Numbered from the stretch's first letter, positions 48,491 through 59,076 are shown. The stretch is DNA of 64,000 nt from an uncultured Candidatus Saccharibacteria bacterium (GCA_964624665.1 CAZUZG010000001.1:7310-71309), one strand, 5' to 3'. Notes: generated by a model from the sequence alone, not told the origin. Program-made: numbers and translations.

Positions 48491-49035
48491 TTTTTATAAT
48501 TCACGTTAAGCTCTTTTATTAAATCATCCGTAATATCAATAGCATCATCACCATAAAGAATATTACCTGATTTGGTAACACCTAAAACAACTGTAATACC
48601 TTTGCGCTTTGCGTACTCTGAAATAAATGAGTTAACTTGATTCAGAGCTCCCTGTGTTGTATTTGCATCTTCTTCTACAGCCTGTTGTTTTAACCGCTCT
48701 TCTAACGACATTATTTCTGACTTTTCTTTTTCCAGAGCATACTCAGCATCTTCTCTATCACTTGGTTTCATTTTAGACTTAGCTTGCTCTAAATCGCTTT
48801 CATGTAACTGATAACGGGTTACCATTGAGTCTAATGTATTCTGCCAGCTATTCAATTTTGCCTGATATTTTTTACGTACTTCCTTTATCCCCTCATATCT
48901 TTCCACCAGCTCACCTGACTTAACATAAGCTATTTTGTTACTCTTAAAGCTGTTGAATAAACCAAGCCCCAAAGCAGAAACAGATATAAGCCCTATTGAT
49001 ATAATAAGAAAAAAAAGTGTTCTATTATTGCCCAT
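48487..49035 (-). CDS. OmpH/Skp-family periplasmic chaperone
   Basis: Signal/TM segment, coiled-coil middle, C-terminal ..YAKRKGITVVLG...GNILYGDDAIDITDDLIKELN typical of OmpH. Confidence 0.65.
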   Translation of the reverse strand: MGNNRTLFFLIISIGLISVSALGLGLFNSFKSNKIAYVKSGELVERYEGIKEVRKKYQAKLNSWQNTLDSMVTRYQLHESDLEQAKSKMKPSDREDAEYALEKEKSEIMSLEERLKQQAVEEDANTTQGALNQVNSFISEYAKRKGITVVLGVTKSGNILYGDDAIDITDDLIKELNVNYKK

Positions 49036-52000
49036 CGTTTATTATAAATTGTCCGTTAAAAGTTTCTCCGTCCACTACTAAATTAAATTTGTAAAGCCCA
49101 GGAACTACTGCATTACTTATCTTTCCATCCCAAGGAGTATTCACAGGATCGCTTGTTTGAAACACCTGTTGACTGGCTTTATTAAAAACGGTTAGCTCTG
49201 CTGTTGCAGTTGAAGGAATACCTGAAAATTGAAACTGATTGAAAGTAGTGCTGTTCGGCGTCAGAGCAAGACCATTCTTCAGATTTAGTGCATATTGAAT
49301 GCGGTCAAGTACTTTTTCGCTTGGAATTCCATCTTTGTAAAACACAAGTGTCTTGTTATTAATAATTCCATAAAGATCCGTAGATAATGGAACCAGTTGC
49401 GAGTTAAGTTCAATTCTTACATTGGAAATGGCACCAACACTGTTTATATCAAATACGAATTTTGCGGGATTGCTGGAACTCGTGGCAACAACATCTATCA
49501 CAACAGCAAATGTTGAACTTCCGGTAGGCAGGGTTGGTGTCAATTGCACATTTGTCCCAGACATATATGTTGCAGAAATTCCTGCACCTGAAACGGAGTA
49601 TTGAAATCCAGGCACCTTGGTTGTGTTTATATAAAGACCAACTGTTTGATCAACAGTAACTATTGAAGTTGCAGAACCTGTACATCCATTTGCATCGACT
49701 CCTAAAACTGTATACGTTGTCGTATTTGCCGGGTCAGCGTCAACGCTCGTTCCACTGGTTGAACTCAAACCTATTGTCGGACTCCAAGAATAGGTACTTG
49801 CTCCACCTGCAGTTAATGTAACAGAACTTCCAATTAAAATTGTTGCGGAAGAAGGGCTAACCGTGACTGTAGGTAAATTGAATTCAGTCAGCGTAATTTC
49901 ATCGCTCGAACTACAACCATTATTATCAGCAATGGTCAATGTATAAGTTATTGATGTAGTGACAATGGCAGAAGGGTTAGGAGAAGAGGCTGAATTCAAA
50001 CCTGTTCCCGGTGTCCATGTATATGAATATGGTGAAGTCCCTCCAGTGGCCGTTGGAGAGCCTCCAATTTGAACAGTACTTCCGATACACACGGATTGAT
50101 CAGAACCGGCATCAGCAGTTGGCACTGGATTAACGGTAACTAAAATATTGTCATTTGCACTACATCCAGCATTGTCGCTAACCGATAAAGTATAATTTGT
50201 GGTTATTGCCGGTGTCGCTGTGGGATTAGCGATATTTGTCACACTTAATCCTGTTGAAGGTGACCATGTGTAAGTATAAGGACCAGTTCCACCACTTGCT
50301 GATGGCGTTCCTCCAATTTGAACAGTGGCTCCCGGACACACACCAATGTTAGCACCTGCGTCAACAAGAGGTATAGGATTGACCGTTACCACCACCACGT
50401 CGGTACTGCTTTGTGCACCAATGGTAGCGGTTACTGTATATGAAGTTGTAACTGTTGGCGAAGCAACCGGGTTAGCAATATTGGTTGCACTTAAGCCTGT
50501 TGCCGGCGACCAACTATAGGAATTACCTCCGGTAGCAGCCAACTGAACACTCTGGCCTGCACAAATAGTAGAATCGGCTCCCGCATTGGCAAGAGGGGCA
50601 GCTTCGTCAGCACCGATGCAAGGTGAAGAAAAACGGGTGTCGTTATATATGTCTGTGGTAATATCACTGATGGTAACACCGGTCAATGTGGCCGGTGAAG
50701 TGCCCGGAATATCAAGGTTATTATCGCCAGTATTAACGTACTGCGGGTTGCCGCTGGCAGAATGCTCGTCGCCAAGAGTTGTTTCATCAGCATGATCCAG
50801 CGCCTGGAAGGACGCTAATGTACTGTAGTTGGTGGAATTAAACCTTGCAATACTTCCACCGTTGGGGGCATAGAATAAATTGTAATCGCAGGCATCAAAC
50901 ACAACGGCGTTACCATTGTGGATACAGGCATTGGTTGAACTGCTGCCGGTTGTATATAAAATATTATTTTTTATTTTCCAGTTAGCGCCAGATGAAAATG
51001 CAAAATATAAATTGGTTATTGAGTTATAAAACGAGTTAAAATAAATTTCACCGTTATCGGCCGTAGAAGTGGAAACATACAAGCCATAATCGTTACCACT
51101 GAAATAATTGTTATATACTTTGGAATAATCAGAGCTGGTGGTGTAATAAATACCATTGCTACCACCAATGATGCGGTTGTTATAAATAAGCGTTTTTCCA
51201 GTTGAAACGGAACCAATTCCTGCAATCCAGATACCGGCGGCTGACGCATCAGATTTTAATGCAACGGTTATCGTATTATTATATATTTTGGTGTTATCAA
51301 TTGCATGATCATAACCAAAAATACTAACTCCCCAATTCTGAGTTCCAATAACATTATTGTGTACTTTAACATTTGTAGGATAGAGATAGACAGTATTTGC
51401 CCCATTACCTATAGAATGAGTAGTTAAGAAAATTGCATCATAAGGAGCAGACGATGACATAGTTATGGTATTGCTGTCAATTTCAACTGAATCACAATCA
51501 CCCGTCAGGTAAATTCCATATCCGGTTGTAGCAGAGTTTTGAATTGTGTTATTCGTGATCCTGTTTAAATCAGCATCTAAGTTGCTGGTTCCCTCATCCC
51601 CCGAAATATGTATATTGGTATATCCCGAATGCGTAAGTTTATTTCCTGAGATGATATTGTATCTCGATTCATTAATCATCAGGTTGTTCTTAGTACTCTG
51701 AGTACTATTTAATGTAAAGCCTTGAATACGGATATAATCCGGTTGATTAAGGTTTATATTATGTCCTCCTGAAGGTGCTGCCAGTATTGCAACATCAATT
51801 CCCGCTCCATACAAGGTAACATAACCTGAGGAACTACCACCATCGACATAGTTAATTACAACTTCCTCGGTATAATTTCCTTTATCAACAAAAATAGTAT
51901 CACATGCGCCTAAATCATAAGTAGCTAAAACATCGCTAATACTGGCTTTAGGTTTTGAAGCACTGCGACCATCGTTCGATGAACTACCAACGGCTGAACA

Positions 52001-54838
52001 AAATACATCGCCGCTTGAGATGTTATCGTTTACATAATAATTATTGCTGGTAACATAATAGGCCGATGCCGAGTTAGCGGTGCAACTGCCATTGCTTAAA
52101 ACAGCCCTGAAATAAGTAGAAGAATTAACCTGAGTGGTGCAAGGCAAGCTTGTTCCCGAAGGCAGATCGGCATAGGTAATATTATCGCTTGAATATTGCC
52201 ATTTTACAAATGTGCTCAGGGTACGTTCCAAATTAAACTGCATATTCAATACAGCCGTAAGGCGTGCACAGTTGGTACAGGTTGAAGGGAAACTGGCATC
52301 TTTGTAATCTCTTCTTAAACGCGCATCGGCATAACCCGAGGTGTATCGGAATAGTGGGTAACCTGTAGCATAAGTACCATCGCGGTTCTCAAATAAAAAT
52401 TCCAGGTTGTCTGTTCCGTTATAACTGAAAGGTGTGCTAAGGGTAATTTCTTTCCAGCCACTACCATTGTAGGTGATACTGCCATCGTATACCAGGGTAA
52501 ACCCTGATGTTCCGGGATAATTATTGTCGCTATACGAACCGCTGCTTGTATGACGGACATAAATTTTCTGGCTATTCATCGTATAGTTTGAAGGAGCATT
52601 GTCTACATAAAACGATACTTTGTTTAATGTACCCGCTGCACCCAGTTCGCTTTGCAGGTAAAGTGCATTCGACCAGCTGAAATCATAAAAACCATTGAAT
52701 GGATAACGCTCGGAAGCGAGTGTTCCGTTGCCTATTGTTGATGTAGAATTTCCGCTAAGGGAAAGAATAGCCTGGCTGTTTGAACAGGGATCGCTGCTAC
52801 CGTTGGCAACAGCAGTTCCCGCATTAACCGTACCAACACTCACAGAAACAGTAGCGGTGGAAGAACAACCATTGCTTGTCCCAGTGACTGTGTACGTAGT
52901 ATTGGTAGTTGGTGTAGCCGTAACGGTTGCTCCTGTGGTTGCACTTAAACCCGTTGCAGGCGACCAGCTATAAGTTGAAGCGGCACTCGCCGTTAAACTA
53001 ACACCGGTTCCATTACATACTGTTGCGGAGGAAGGAGAGATACTAACAGAAGGTATTGCATTAACCGTTACTGTTACCATTTGTGTATTTACGCAACCTG
53101 AAGCATCTGTTCCGGTTACCGTATAAATGGTGGTGCTTGTCGGGGAGGCGATAACCGTTGCTACGGTTGTGGCACTTAATCCTGTTGAAGGACTCCATGA
53201 GTATGTACTTGCCCCGATTGCTGTTAAGGAAACATTACTCCCTTCACAAATAGCGGGTGCCGATGGACTAACTGTTATTGACGGCAAGGCATTAACCGTT
53301 ACTGTAACTGTTTGGCTTTGTGAGCAACTGTTGGCATCGGTACCAGTTACTGTATAGGTTGTTGTGGTAGCTGGTGATGCCGATACACTTGCCCCAGTTG
53401 TTGCACTTAAACCTGTGGTGGGAGACCAGCTATAAGCGGAAGCCCCTGATGCCGTTAAAGAGGTATTTGCTCCATTGCATATAGTGGACGAAGTCGGACT
53501 TACGCTTACCGTTGGAAGGGAATTAACTGTAACCGTAACCGTTTGTGTATTTACACATCCGGCGGCACTTGTTCCTGTGATGGTGTAAGTAGTGGCAGAG
53601 GAAGGATTGGCTGTTACCGTTGTTCCGGTTGTTGCACTTAATCCTGTTGAAGGACTCCATGAATAGGTACTTGCACCACTGGCGGTGATGGACACATTTC
53701 CTCCGGCACAAAGTGATGGTGAAGATGGACTCGCTGTAATGGTGGGAAAAGAATTAACGGTTACGGTAACGTTTTTGGTATTGACACAGCCATTGGCATC
53801 TGTACCGGTAATGGTATAAGTACTGGTTGATGAAGGATCGGCTGTAACCGTGGCACCAGTAGTGGCGCTCAGTCCTGAAGAAGGGCTCCATGAGTATGTG
53901 CTTGCTCCGCTGGCTGTTATGGAAATGTTTCCTCCGGTACAATACGATGGCGATACAGGATTGGTTATAATAACCGGCAAGGCATTAACCGTTACTGTTA
54001 TTGTTTTGCTTTGGGAACAGTTGTCGCCATCTACTCCTGTTACTGTGTATGTAGTGGTAGTTGTTGGATTGGCAGTAACTGTTGCTCCTGTTGTTGCGTT
54101 TAAGCCTGTTGAAGGGCTCCATGAATAGGTGTTGTTGCCACTGGCTGTAATACTTACATTGCTCCCGTTACAAATGGTTGAACTTGTTGGGTTGAGGCTC
54201 AGAGTACTGTTGCAGCCCATTGTTAATTGTATATTAAGTGCTGCCGTTAAGCGTGCGCAATTGGTGCAGGTGGATGGGAAACTGGCATCTTTGTAGTCGC
54301 GGCGCAAGCGGTAGGTTGAATAGCCGGAAGTGTATTTGAAAGTTGGATAGCCTGTTGCATACGAACCATCGCGGTTCTCAAATAAAAATTCCAGGTTGTC
54401 TGTTCCGTTATAATTAAAAGCGGTGGTAAGCGTTACTTCTTTCCAACCGCTGCCGTTATAAGTGATGCTGCCATCGTAAACTAAAGTAAAACCTGAGGTG
54501 CCCGGATAGGTGGCATCTGAAAATCCTGTTGAGGTGGTATGACGAACATAAATTTTCTGGCTGTTCATCGTATAATTGGATGGCGTATTGGTAACATAAA
54601 AAGCTACTTTGGTAAGCGTGGCTGCTCCACCGATTTCGCTTTGCAGGTAAAGAGCATTTCCCCAACTATAGTCATAGAAACCATTGAAGGGGTATCTTTC
54701 CGAATATATTGAGGAGTTTACATCTCCAATAGTAATTGTTGTTTGTGCGGATACTTTATTATTACTAAACAATAAAACCCCACATAACACTATTAAAAAT
54801 GTTCGGTGGAATATCCCAAAGACATTGGCCTTATTCAT
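49025..54838 (-). CDS. Giant surface protein (1937 aa): duplicated N-terminal ~160-aa module, tandem Ig-like ~90-aa repeats, right-handed beta-helix region, T9SS type B (gliding-motility-associated) C-terminal domain
   Basis: Repeats TYSWSPSTGLSATTGATVTA.P...TYT(V/I)TGTD..GC....TVTVTVN at least 9 times. NxxIxN-type beta-helix rungs. C-terminus ..LTVFNKASQQVFQTSDPVNTPWDGKISNAVVPGLYKFNLVVDGETFNGQFII resembles a TIGR04131-type CTD. Confidence 0.75.
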   Translation of the reverse strand: MNKANVFGIFHRTFLIVLCGVLLFSNNKVSAQTTITIGDVNSSIYSERYPFNGFYDYSWGNALYLQSEIGGAATLTKVAFYVTNTPSNYTMNSQKIYVRHTTSTGFSDATYPGTSGFTLVYDGSITYNGSGWKEVTLTTAFNYNGTDNLEFLFENRDGSYATGYPTFKYTSGYSTYRLRRDYKDASFPSTCTNCARLTAALNIQLTMGCNSTLSLNPTSSTICNGSNVSITASGNNTYSWSPSTGLNATTGATVTANPTTTTTYTVTGVDGDNCSQSKTITVTVNALPVIITNPVSPSYCTGGNISITASGASTYSWSPSSGLSATTGATVTADPSSTSTYTITGTDANGCVNTKNVTVTVNSFPTITASPSSPSLCAGGNVSITASGASTYSWSPSTGLSATTGTTVTANPSSATTYTITGTSAAGCVNTQTVTVTVNSLPTVSVSPTSSTICNGANTSLTASGASAYSWSPTTGLSATTGASVSASPATTTTYTVTGTDANSCSQSQTVTVTVNALPSITVSPSAPAICEGSNVSLTAIGASTYSWSPSTGLSATTVATVIASPTSTTIYTVTGTDASGCVNTQMVTVTVNAIPSVSISPSSATVCNGTGVSLTASAASTYSWSPATGLSATTGATVTATPTTNTTYTVTGTSNGCSSTATVSVSVGTVNAGTAVANGSSDPCSNSQAILSLSGNSTSTIGNGTLASERYPFNGFYDFSWSNALYLQSELGAAGTLNKVSFYVDNAPSNYTMNSQKIYVRHTSSGSYSDNNYPGTSGFTLVYDGSITYNGSGWKEITLSTPFSYNGTDNLEFLFENRDGTYATGYPLFRYTSGYADARLRRDYKDASFPSTCTNCARLTAVLNMQFNLERTLSTFVKWQYSSDNITYADLPSGTSLPCTTQVNSSTYFRAVLSNGSCTANSASAYYVTSNNYYVNDNISSGDVFCSAVGSSSNDGRSASKPKASISDVLATYDLGACDTIFVDKGNYTEEVVINYVDGGSSSGYVTLYGAGIDVAILAAPSGGHNINLNQPDYIRIQGFTLNSTQSTKNNLMINESRYNIISGNKLTHSGYTNIHISGDEGTSNLDADLNRITNNTIQNSATTGYGIYLTGDCDSVEIDSNTITMSSSAPYDAIFLTTHSIGNGANTVYLYPTNVKVHNNVIGTQNWGVSIFGYDHAIDNTKIYNNTITVALKSDASAAGIWIAGIGSVSTGKTLIYNNRIIGGSNGIYYTTSSDYSKVYNNYFSGNDYGLYVSTSTADNGEIYFNSFYNSITNLYFAFSSGANWKIKNNILYTTGSSSTNACIHNGNAVVFDACDYNLFYAPNGGSIARFNSTNYSTLASFQALDHADETTLGDEHSASGNPQYVNTGDNNLDIPGTSPATLTGVTISDITTDIYNDTRFSSPCIGADEAAPLANAGADSTICAGQSVQLAATGGNSYSWSPATGLSATNIANPVASPTVTTSYTVTATIGAQSSTDVVVVTVNPIPLVDAGANIGVCPGATVQIGGTPSASGGTGPYTYTWSPSTGLSVTNIANPTATPAITTNYTLSVSDNAGCSANDNILVTVNPVPTADAGSDQSVCIGSTVQIGGSPTATGGTSPYSYTWTPGTGLNSASSPNPSAIVTTSITYTLTIADNNGCSSSDEITLTEFNLPTVTVSPSSATILIGSSVTLTAGGASTYSWSPTIGLSSTSGTSVDADPANTTTYTVLGVDANGCTGSATSIVTVDQTVGLYINTTKVPGFQYSVSGAGISATYMSGTNVQLTPTLPTGSSTFAVVIDVVATSSSNPAKFVFDINSVGAISNVRIELNSQLVPLSTDLYGIINNKTLVFYKDGIPSEKVLDRIQYALNLKNGLALTPNSTTFNQFQFSGIPSTATAELTVFNKASQQVFQTSDPVNTPWDGKISNAVVPGLYKFNLVVDGETFNGQFIINDGQ
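52250..54760. repeat. Intragenic duplications in the 1937-aa gene: ~0.5-kb duplicated module (~54230-54740 and ~52250-52760) plus ~270-bp tandem Ig-domain repeats (~53100-54200)
   Basis: Protein segments ERYPFNGFYD(Y/F)SW(G/S)NALYLQSE...RLRRDYKDASFPSTCTNCARLTA occur twice. Off-frame ORFs in the track show near-identical peptides from successive repeats. Confidence 0.7.
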
Positions 54839-54864
54839 AAAATGCTCTTTTAATATTTTTTAAA

Positions 54865-55245
54865 CTATTCAGTGTCCGGATCGCGCTGATATTTACAATC
54901 GGCGGATAAAGCATCGTAAGCCCCATTTTTTGCCCTGATATCAGAAGTGTCGTAACCCGCAAGCGCAAAGAAAGAGTGGATATCAGACAATGGAATGGCA
55001 GCAGGAATAAATTTTATAGTAACCTGTTTAGTACCTGAATCCCAGATAACCGATAATACACCGGCTTTTCCGGTTAAAACAGATTCAATATTTGCTTTAC
55101 AGGCAGTGGTTCCGTTCACTTTAAATGATACGGTTACAGTATCGCTTTCTTCCATACCAAGACTGGCCGAAACAAAGGTGTTAGCTTTGGAAATGCCTGT
55201 ATTTAAGATGCTAAAAAGAAAAATATTGATTAAAAATGTCTTCAT
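54865..55245 (-). CDS. Small secreted protein, ferredoxin-like/HMA-like fold (degenerate, single Cys)
   Basis: Signal peptide. TVSFKVNGTTACKANIESVLTGKAGVLSVIWDSGTKQVTIKF resembles an HMA betaalphabetabetaalphabeta fold but lacks the CxxC metal-binding motif. Confidence 0.3.
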   Translation of the reverse strand: MKTFLINIFLFSILNTGISKANTFVSASLGMEESDTVTVSFKVNGTTACKANIESVLTGKAGVLSVIWDSGTKQVTIKFIPAAIPLSDIHSFFALAGYDTSDIRAKNGAYDALSADCKYQRDPDTE

Positions 55246-55509
55246 GTGTTTTTTTAAATAAATTTTAACAATAGTAGTATAAATTCCTTTTTTCGCAAAA
55301 TATTGTTAATTACTTTTTACTAAATTTAATAATGAATTGATAATCAGGTAATAATTTATTAATGATACTTAAGAATTAAGTTAATTTTAAGTTCTTATTT
55401 ATTTAGATTGTCTATTTCACATAAATTTCATGTTGATTAAATATTAGTTTGATTAACCAATATTTAATAATAAAGGTCAATATTATCATTTATTAAAATT
55501 TCAATTTCA

Positions 55510-55570
55510 TTCGGTTTATAATTGGATACTAAGAGTTTATAGTTGGTTCTCCTGGGTTTATAATTGGCTC
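55510..55570. promoter_or_regulatory. Three direct copies of GTTTATA(A/G)TTGG spaced ~20 bp in an AT-rich intergenic region
   Basis: cGGTTTATAATTGGa...aGTTTATAGTTGGt...gGGTTTATAATTGGc read directly. Upstream of the minus-strand gene 54865..55245. Confidence 0.35.
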
Positions 55571-55886
55571 TTTTTTCCAGCACAATCTTATTTGCATTCT
55601 TTCAACACTTGCATTAATTTTTGTCTGGAGTTATCCTGCACACGGAAAAAGTTCATTCACAAAAGCCTTATGCATGGAAACAACAGAAGAAAAATCAGCC
55701 CGGCAAAAACACGAAAACGAATCTTAACGGTATCTGCCGGAAGCAAGGACGGCACTGACCGCTATTACTTCCTTTTTGTCTGGCTTCACGGGAAATACTT
55801 TCTCAAGTTTTGTAAATTTAGTAGTCAAAAAAAATTATGCCTTAAATCACTCGTCATGAAAAGCAAAAAAATGAAACCATTTTTTG

Positions 55887-57854
55887 TTATTTAACCCTCA
55901 CAACCATTATCTCCACCCTCCGATTTTTCTCAAACTCTTCATCGCTATTGGCTCTGGGGTAAAGCTGTTCCTTGTCGCCAAGGCCGACATAAGACAGTCT
56001 ATCTTTCTCAATATTTTTAGATATAAGAATGTTATAGACAGTTTGAGCTCTTAGTTCAGACAGATGTTGATGATTCGGATTATTGCACAGTCCTCCGTTA
56101 AACGGATGATTTACATGGCCTTGTATTTGTATAATCATCTTCGGATTCTTCTTCATTAATTTGCATAATGAAATAACAGACGGATAAGATGTTCGCAGAA
56201 GTTCAGGAGAGTCAGGTTGAAAATTAATGTTTCCTAAGGTATATTTTCCACCTTTTTTCAGTTTCGGTAAAATCGTTTTGATGTTAGCCAGCTCCTTGTT
56301 TTTTGCGTCTGATTCGGAAACTTTAAATTCTTTAGTGGAAACAAAAAAATTGTCATTCATGATATTGATCGTGTAAGACCTGCCTTGCATCAAATCAGCT
56401 GAGAACATATACTTCCCGGTCATTGGGTTGCTCCTGATCTTCTTAATCTCATGCCGTTCATCCTCGACTGTTATCTCGGCTTCAATCGGTTTGTTTTCAT
56501 CGTTTAATACCGTTCCGCTAAATTCTACTTTTTTTCGATAGCCGAAAATCAATTCAACCCTGCGATTTTGTTCATGCTCGCTTTCCGAACATTCAACGCT
56601 ATCCTTGCAACGATTGAGCAATTGCGACTCCCCTTTGCCGTAACCAGTTAATCTTCCTTTTTGAATTCCATTTTTGTTTAGGTGGTTGATAATAGATTGA
56701 ACTCTTTTATTTGATAAAATCAGGTTTGCCTGCTCTCCCCCTTTTGAATCGGTATGGCCGATAAGCTCAAGGTGTATTTTGGGATTTGCTTTCATATATG
56801 AAACAACGCTTTCCAATTCCCCCTTTGCCTTTTCTGAAATATCATAATTGCTATTGGCAAAGGAAATACGTTTTACAAGAGTCGTTGAAGTTGCAGGGTT
56901 TGGGGGCGATTTAGCCAGCTTCAATACCGGATCAGCTTCTTCTGTTAGTTCCAGCTTTACGATATCAGCCGGCAATATTGAAAACATGAAATCACCTTTC
57001 GCATTTCTCTTTATTTCTCTTACAACCTTACCCGTCTGCCTGGCTAAGAATAGCTTTTGGTCTTTTTCCAGCTTTGCGTCAATTTTAAGATTTAATTCGC
57101 TTTTATCTTTTACGCTGAGTGAAAAGTCGCCCCATTGGTCGGTAACGGTTGATTCGATGATTTTCCCGTCTTTGTCCAGAGATTTAACGGGGATAGATTT
57201 GCCATTGGATCGTTCCTGATTACTGCTTTCAATTATCAGCCTTGCAAATAGATGCTTGGGTTTTTCTGTTGGAACTGTTGAAATGGTTTGAATTGTCGGT
57301 CGGCCGGAGACAATCAGGAATTGCGTGTCTTCAAGTTTTTCAAGCTTGGGTCTTGTTGCCCATGGTTCTCTTTTTTCTACAAGTATGTCAGATAATTGGA
57401 AGCAAGCACTCTTTTCTTTAATCGCTTTTTGGTATAGGTAGGAGAAAGCCGTTTCTAAAGGCATATATCCTTCTTCGGCGGAATCACGTAATAATTGAAT
57501 ATAATTGCTCTTTACCGAATTATTTATCCCCTTTTTTTGCCGGCTTTCGTCTTCATAGTAAATATGCCGGATTTTTCCTTTGCTATCCTCGAAATAGAGA
57601 TAAAAGTTAAGCACCGAGATTTTTACGGGCGTTTTGCTAAACCGTTTTTCTATTTTAATTAAAGAGTCGATATCCAAAATTTCGTAATTGCCCGGATTGA
57701 TATATATGAAGTTCTGCTTTATCTCGGCATTACCTTTTATATTCTTAGCGGTGATTTTGTATTGTGGTTGGTATTGGGTTTGTCCGCTTGCTTCGTTTAA
57801 AGGCGCGATTAGTATTGGAATAAGCAATAATATTGAGATCGTAATTTTTTTCAT
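55887..57854 (-). CDS. OmpA-family protein with two C-terminal OmpA-like peptidoglycan-binding domains
   Basis: Signal peptide. ISFANSNYDISEKAKGELESVVSYMKANPKIHLELIGHTDSKGGEQANLILSNKRVQSI and a second ..QIQGHVNHPF...LSELRAQTVYNILISKNIEKDRLSYVGLGDKEQLYPRANSDEEFEKNRRVEIMVV. Confidence 0.8.
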   Translation of the reverse strand: MKKITISILLLIPILIAPLNEASGQTQYQPQYKITAKNIKGNAEIKQNFIYINPGNYEILDIDSLIKIEKRFSKTPVKISVLNFYLYFEDSKGKIRHIYYEDESRQKKGINNSVKSNYIQLLRDSAEEGYMPLETAFSYLYQKAIKEKSACFQLSDILVEKREPWATRPKLEKLEDTQFLIVSGRPTIQTISTVPTEKPKHLFARLIIESSNQERSNGKSIPVKSLDKDGKIIESTVTDQWGDFSLSVKDKSELNLKIDAKLEKDQKLFLARQTGKVVREIKRNAKGDFMFSILPADIVKLELTEEADPVLKLAKSPPNPATSTTLVKRISFANSNYDISEKAKGELESVVSYMKANPKIHLELIGHTDSKGGEQANLILSNKRVQSIINHLNKNGIQKGRLTGYGKGESQLLNRCKDSVECSESEHEQNRRVELIFGYRKKVEFSGTVLNDENKPIEAEITVEDERHEIKKIRSNPMTGKYMFSADLMQGRSYTINIMNDNFFVSTKEFKVSESDAKNKELANIKTILPKLKKGGKYTLGNINFQPDSPELLRTSYPSVISLCKLMKKNPKMIIQIQGHVNHPFNGGLCNNPNHQHLSELRAQTVYNILISKNIEKDRLSYVGLGDKEQLYPRANSDEEFEKNRRVEIMVVRVK

Positions 57855-57887
57855 GGCTGTTTTTTTAATTACTCAATTACAATTTTT

Positions 57888-58211
57888 TCATGATAATTCT
57901 TTTTCCAACCACATGAACCGAGTAAATTCTTGCCGGAACATTGTCAGAATAGGAAGCTTCCCCGTTCCTCCACTCTGGCGCATGATATGAAATCGAATTG
58001 GGATTGATGTGACCGATTGGAATTGTCGGGCAAATTGTACAAACGCCTGATAGCTGAAATTTGAGTCCTTACTACTTACTGTTCCGCAAGGCAAAGTCTG
58101 AGTCTTTCCAATTGTTTGAAACAAAAGGAAGACTCCTAAGATGAGTAAATAATTCTTCATGATTTTATTTTTGATAATCAAAAGTACAAAATAACTCTTA
58201 ATATGGAGCAA
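57888..58211 (-). CDS. Small secreted hypothetical protein
   Basis: Internal Met followed by NYLLILGVFLLFQTIGKTQT signal-like segment. Confidence 0.3.
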   Translation of the reverse strand: MLHIKSYFVLLIIKNKIMKNYLLILGVFLLFQTIGKTQTLPCGTVSSKDSNFSYQAFVQFARQFQSVTSIPIRFHIMRQSGGTGKLPILTMFRQEFTRFMWLEKELS

Positions 58212-58274
58212 TTAAATATGGAGTAACGTAATTTAAAGGCTTTCTATTGATTTGCTCTACAAAAAGAGTGTTTT

Positions 58275-58544
58275 ATGGCAAAGAAAATAGCTAAGGCTGT
58301 TAAAAAGAAAAATGTCGAATCCGGCGAAACCGAATACCTGAAGAAAGTCGGAGAAAGATTGAAGTATTATAGAAAGAAGGCCGGTTATACCAGCTATGAA
58401 TACTTTGCCTATGAACACGGATTTAGCAGGCCACAATACGGTAAATATGAGGCTGGTGCAAATATTCAATTAAATACTTTAATGAAGATACTGAGAGCTC
58501 TTAATGTCACCCTTGAAGAGTTTTTTAAAGGGTTTAATTACTAA
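58275..58544 (+). CDS. XRE-family HTH transcriptional regulator
   Basis: LKYYRKKAGYTSYEYFAYEHGFSRPQYGKYEAG...LMKILRALNVTLEEFF. Confidence 0.65.
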   Translation: MAKKIAKAVKKKNVESGETEYLKKVGERLKYYRKKAGYTSYEYFAYEHGFSRPQYGKYEAGANIQLNTLMKILRALNVTLEEFFKGFNY

Positions 58545-58576
58545 ATTGATGTTATAAGCTTAAGAATACAAACTTC

Positions 58577-58999
58577 TCATTTCATTAATATTCGTTGTAT
58601 TCCTTTTATCCTGTCACTAATTATCATCGCAATTTGCTCTGAATTATTAAGTGTAATTTCTAAATTTTGACTAAGATATATTGTCAGATAGTTCATCCCA
58701 TATTGTCCCTCATTAATCCAATATGAATAATCCGGATTATTATTTATCCGATTAAAAAAAGTGTCACGCTCTTGAAGCCTTTCTGCGCCTTCAAATAGAA
58801 GTTGGAATACAAATCCCTGATTATGCGGAATATTAAAAAAAACATCCTTGGGTAATCCAAAATTGCCGGTAATTCTAAAACGATTTCCGGTTGGTCCCTT
58901 CCTTGTAATCTCATCAAACTGAATCCCCAATTCATCTAAGATAGCTCTTATTATGTATTTACTTTCTTCAGTCATATTTGCGTAGTTAAAAAAGGCCAT
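58577..58999 (-). CDS. Hypothetical protein (140 aa)
   Basis: ORF only. Confidence 0.4.
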   Translation of the reverse strand: MAFFNYANMTEESKYIIRAILDELGIQFDEITRKGPTGNRFRITGNFGLPKDVFFNIPHNQGFVFQLLFEGAERLQERDTFFNRINNNPDYSYWINEGQYGMNYLTIYLSQNLEITLNNSEQIAMIISDRIKGIQRILMK

Positions 59000-59076
59000 A
59001 ACTAAATAGCGCTAACCTTTACTTAGAAGAGTTTCTCTTAAAAACTCTTCTTTTATTTAAGCAAATGGTTACTTAA

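Noticed and set aside
52728-54128. Plus-strand 76-92-aa ORFs with near-identical sequences (…PVVALKPVAGDQL / …VALSPEEGLHEYVLAP…)
   Set aside because: Antisense reading of the tandem Ig-domain DNA repeats in the 1937-aa gene. Useful only as evidence of the repeats.
58257-58469. 70-aa minus ORF overlapping the XRE gene at 58275..58544
   Set aside because: The + strand ORF has a clear HTH. The minus ORF is hydrophobic low-complexity and fully overlapping.
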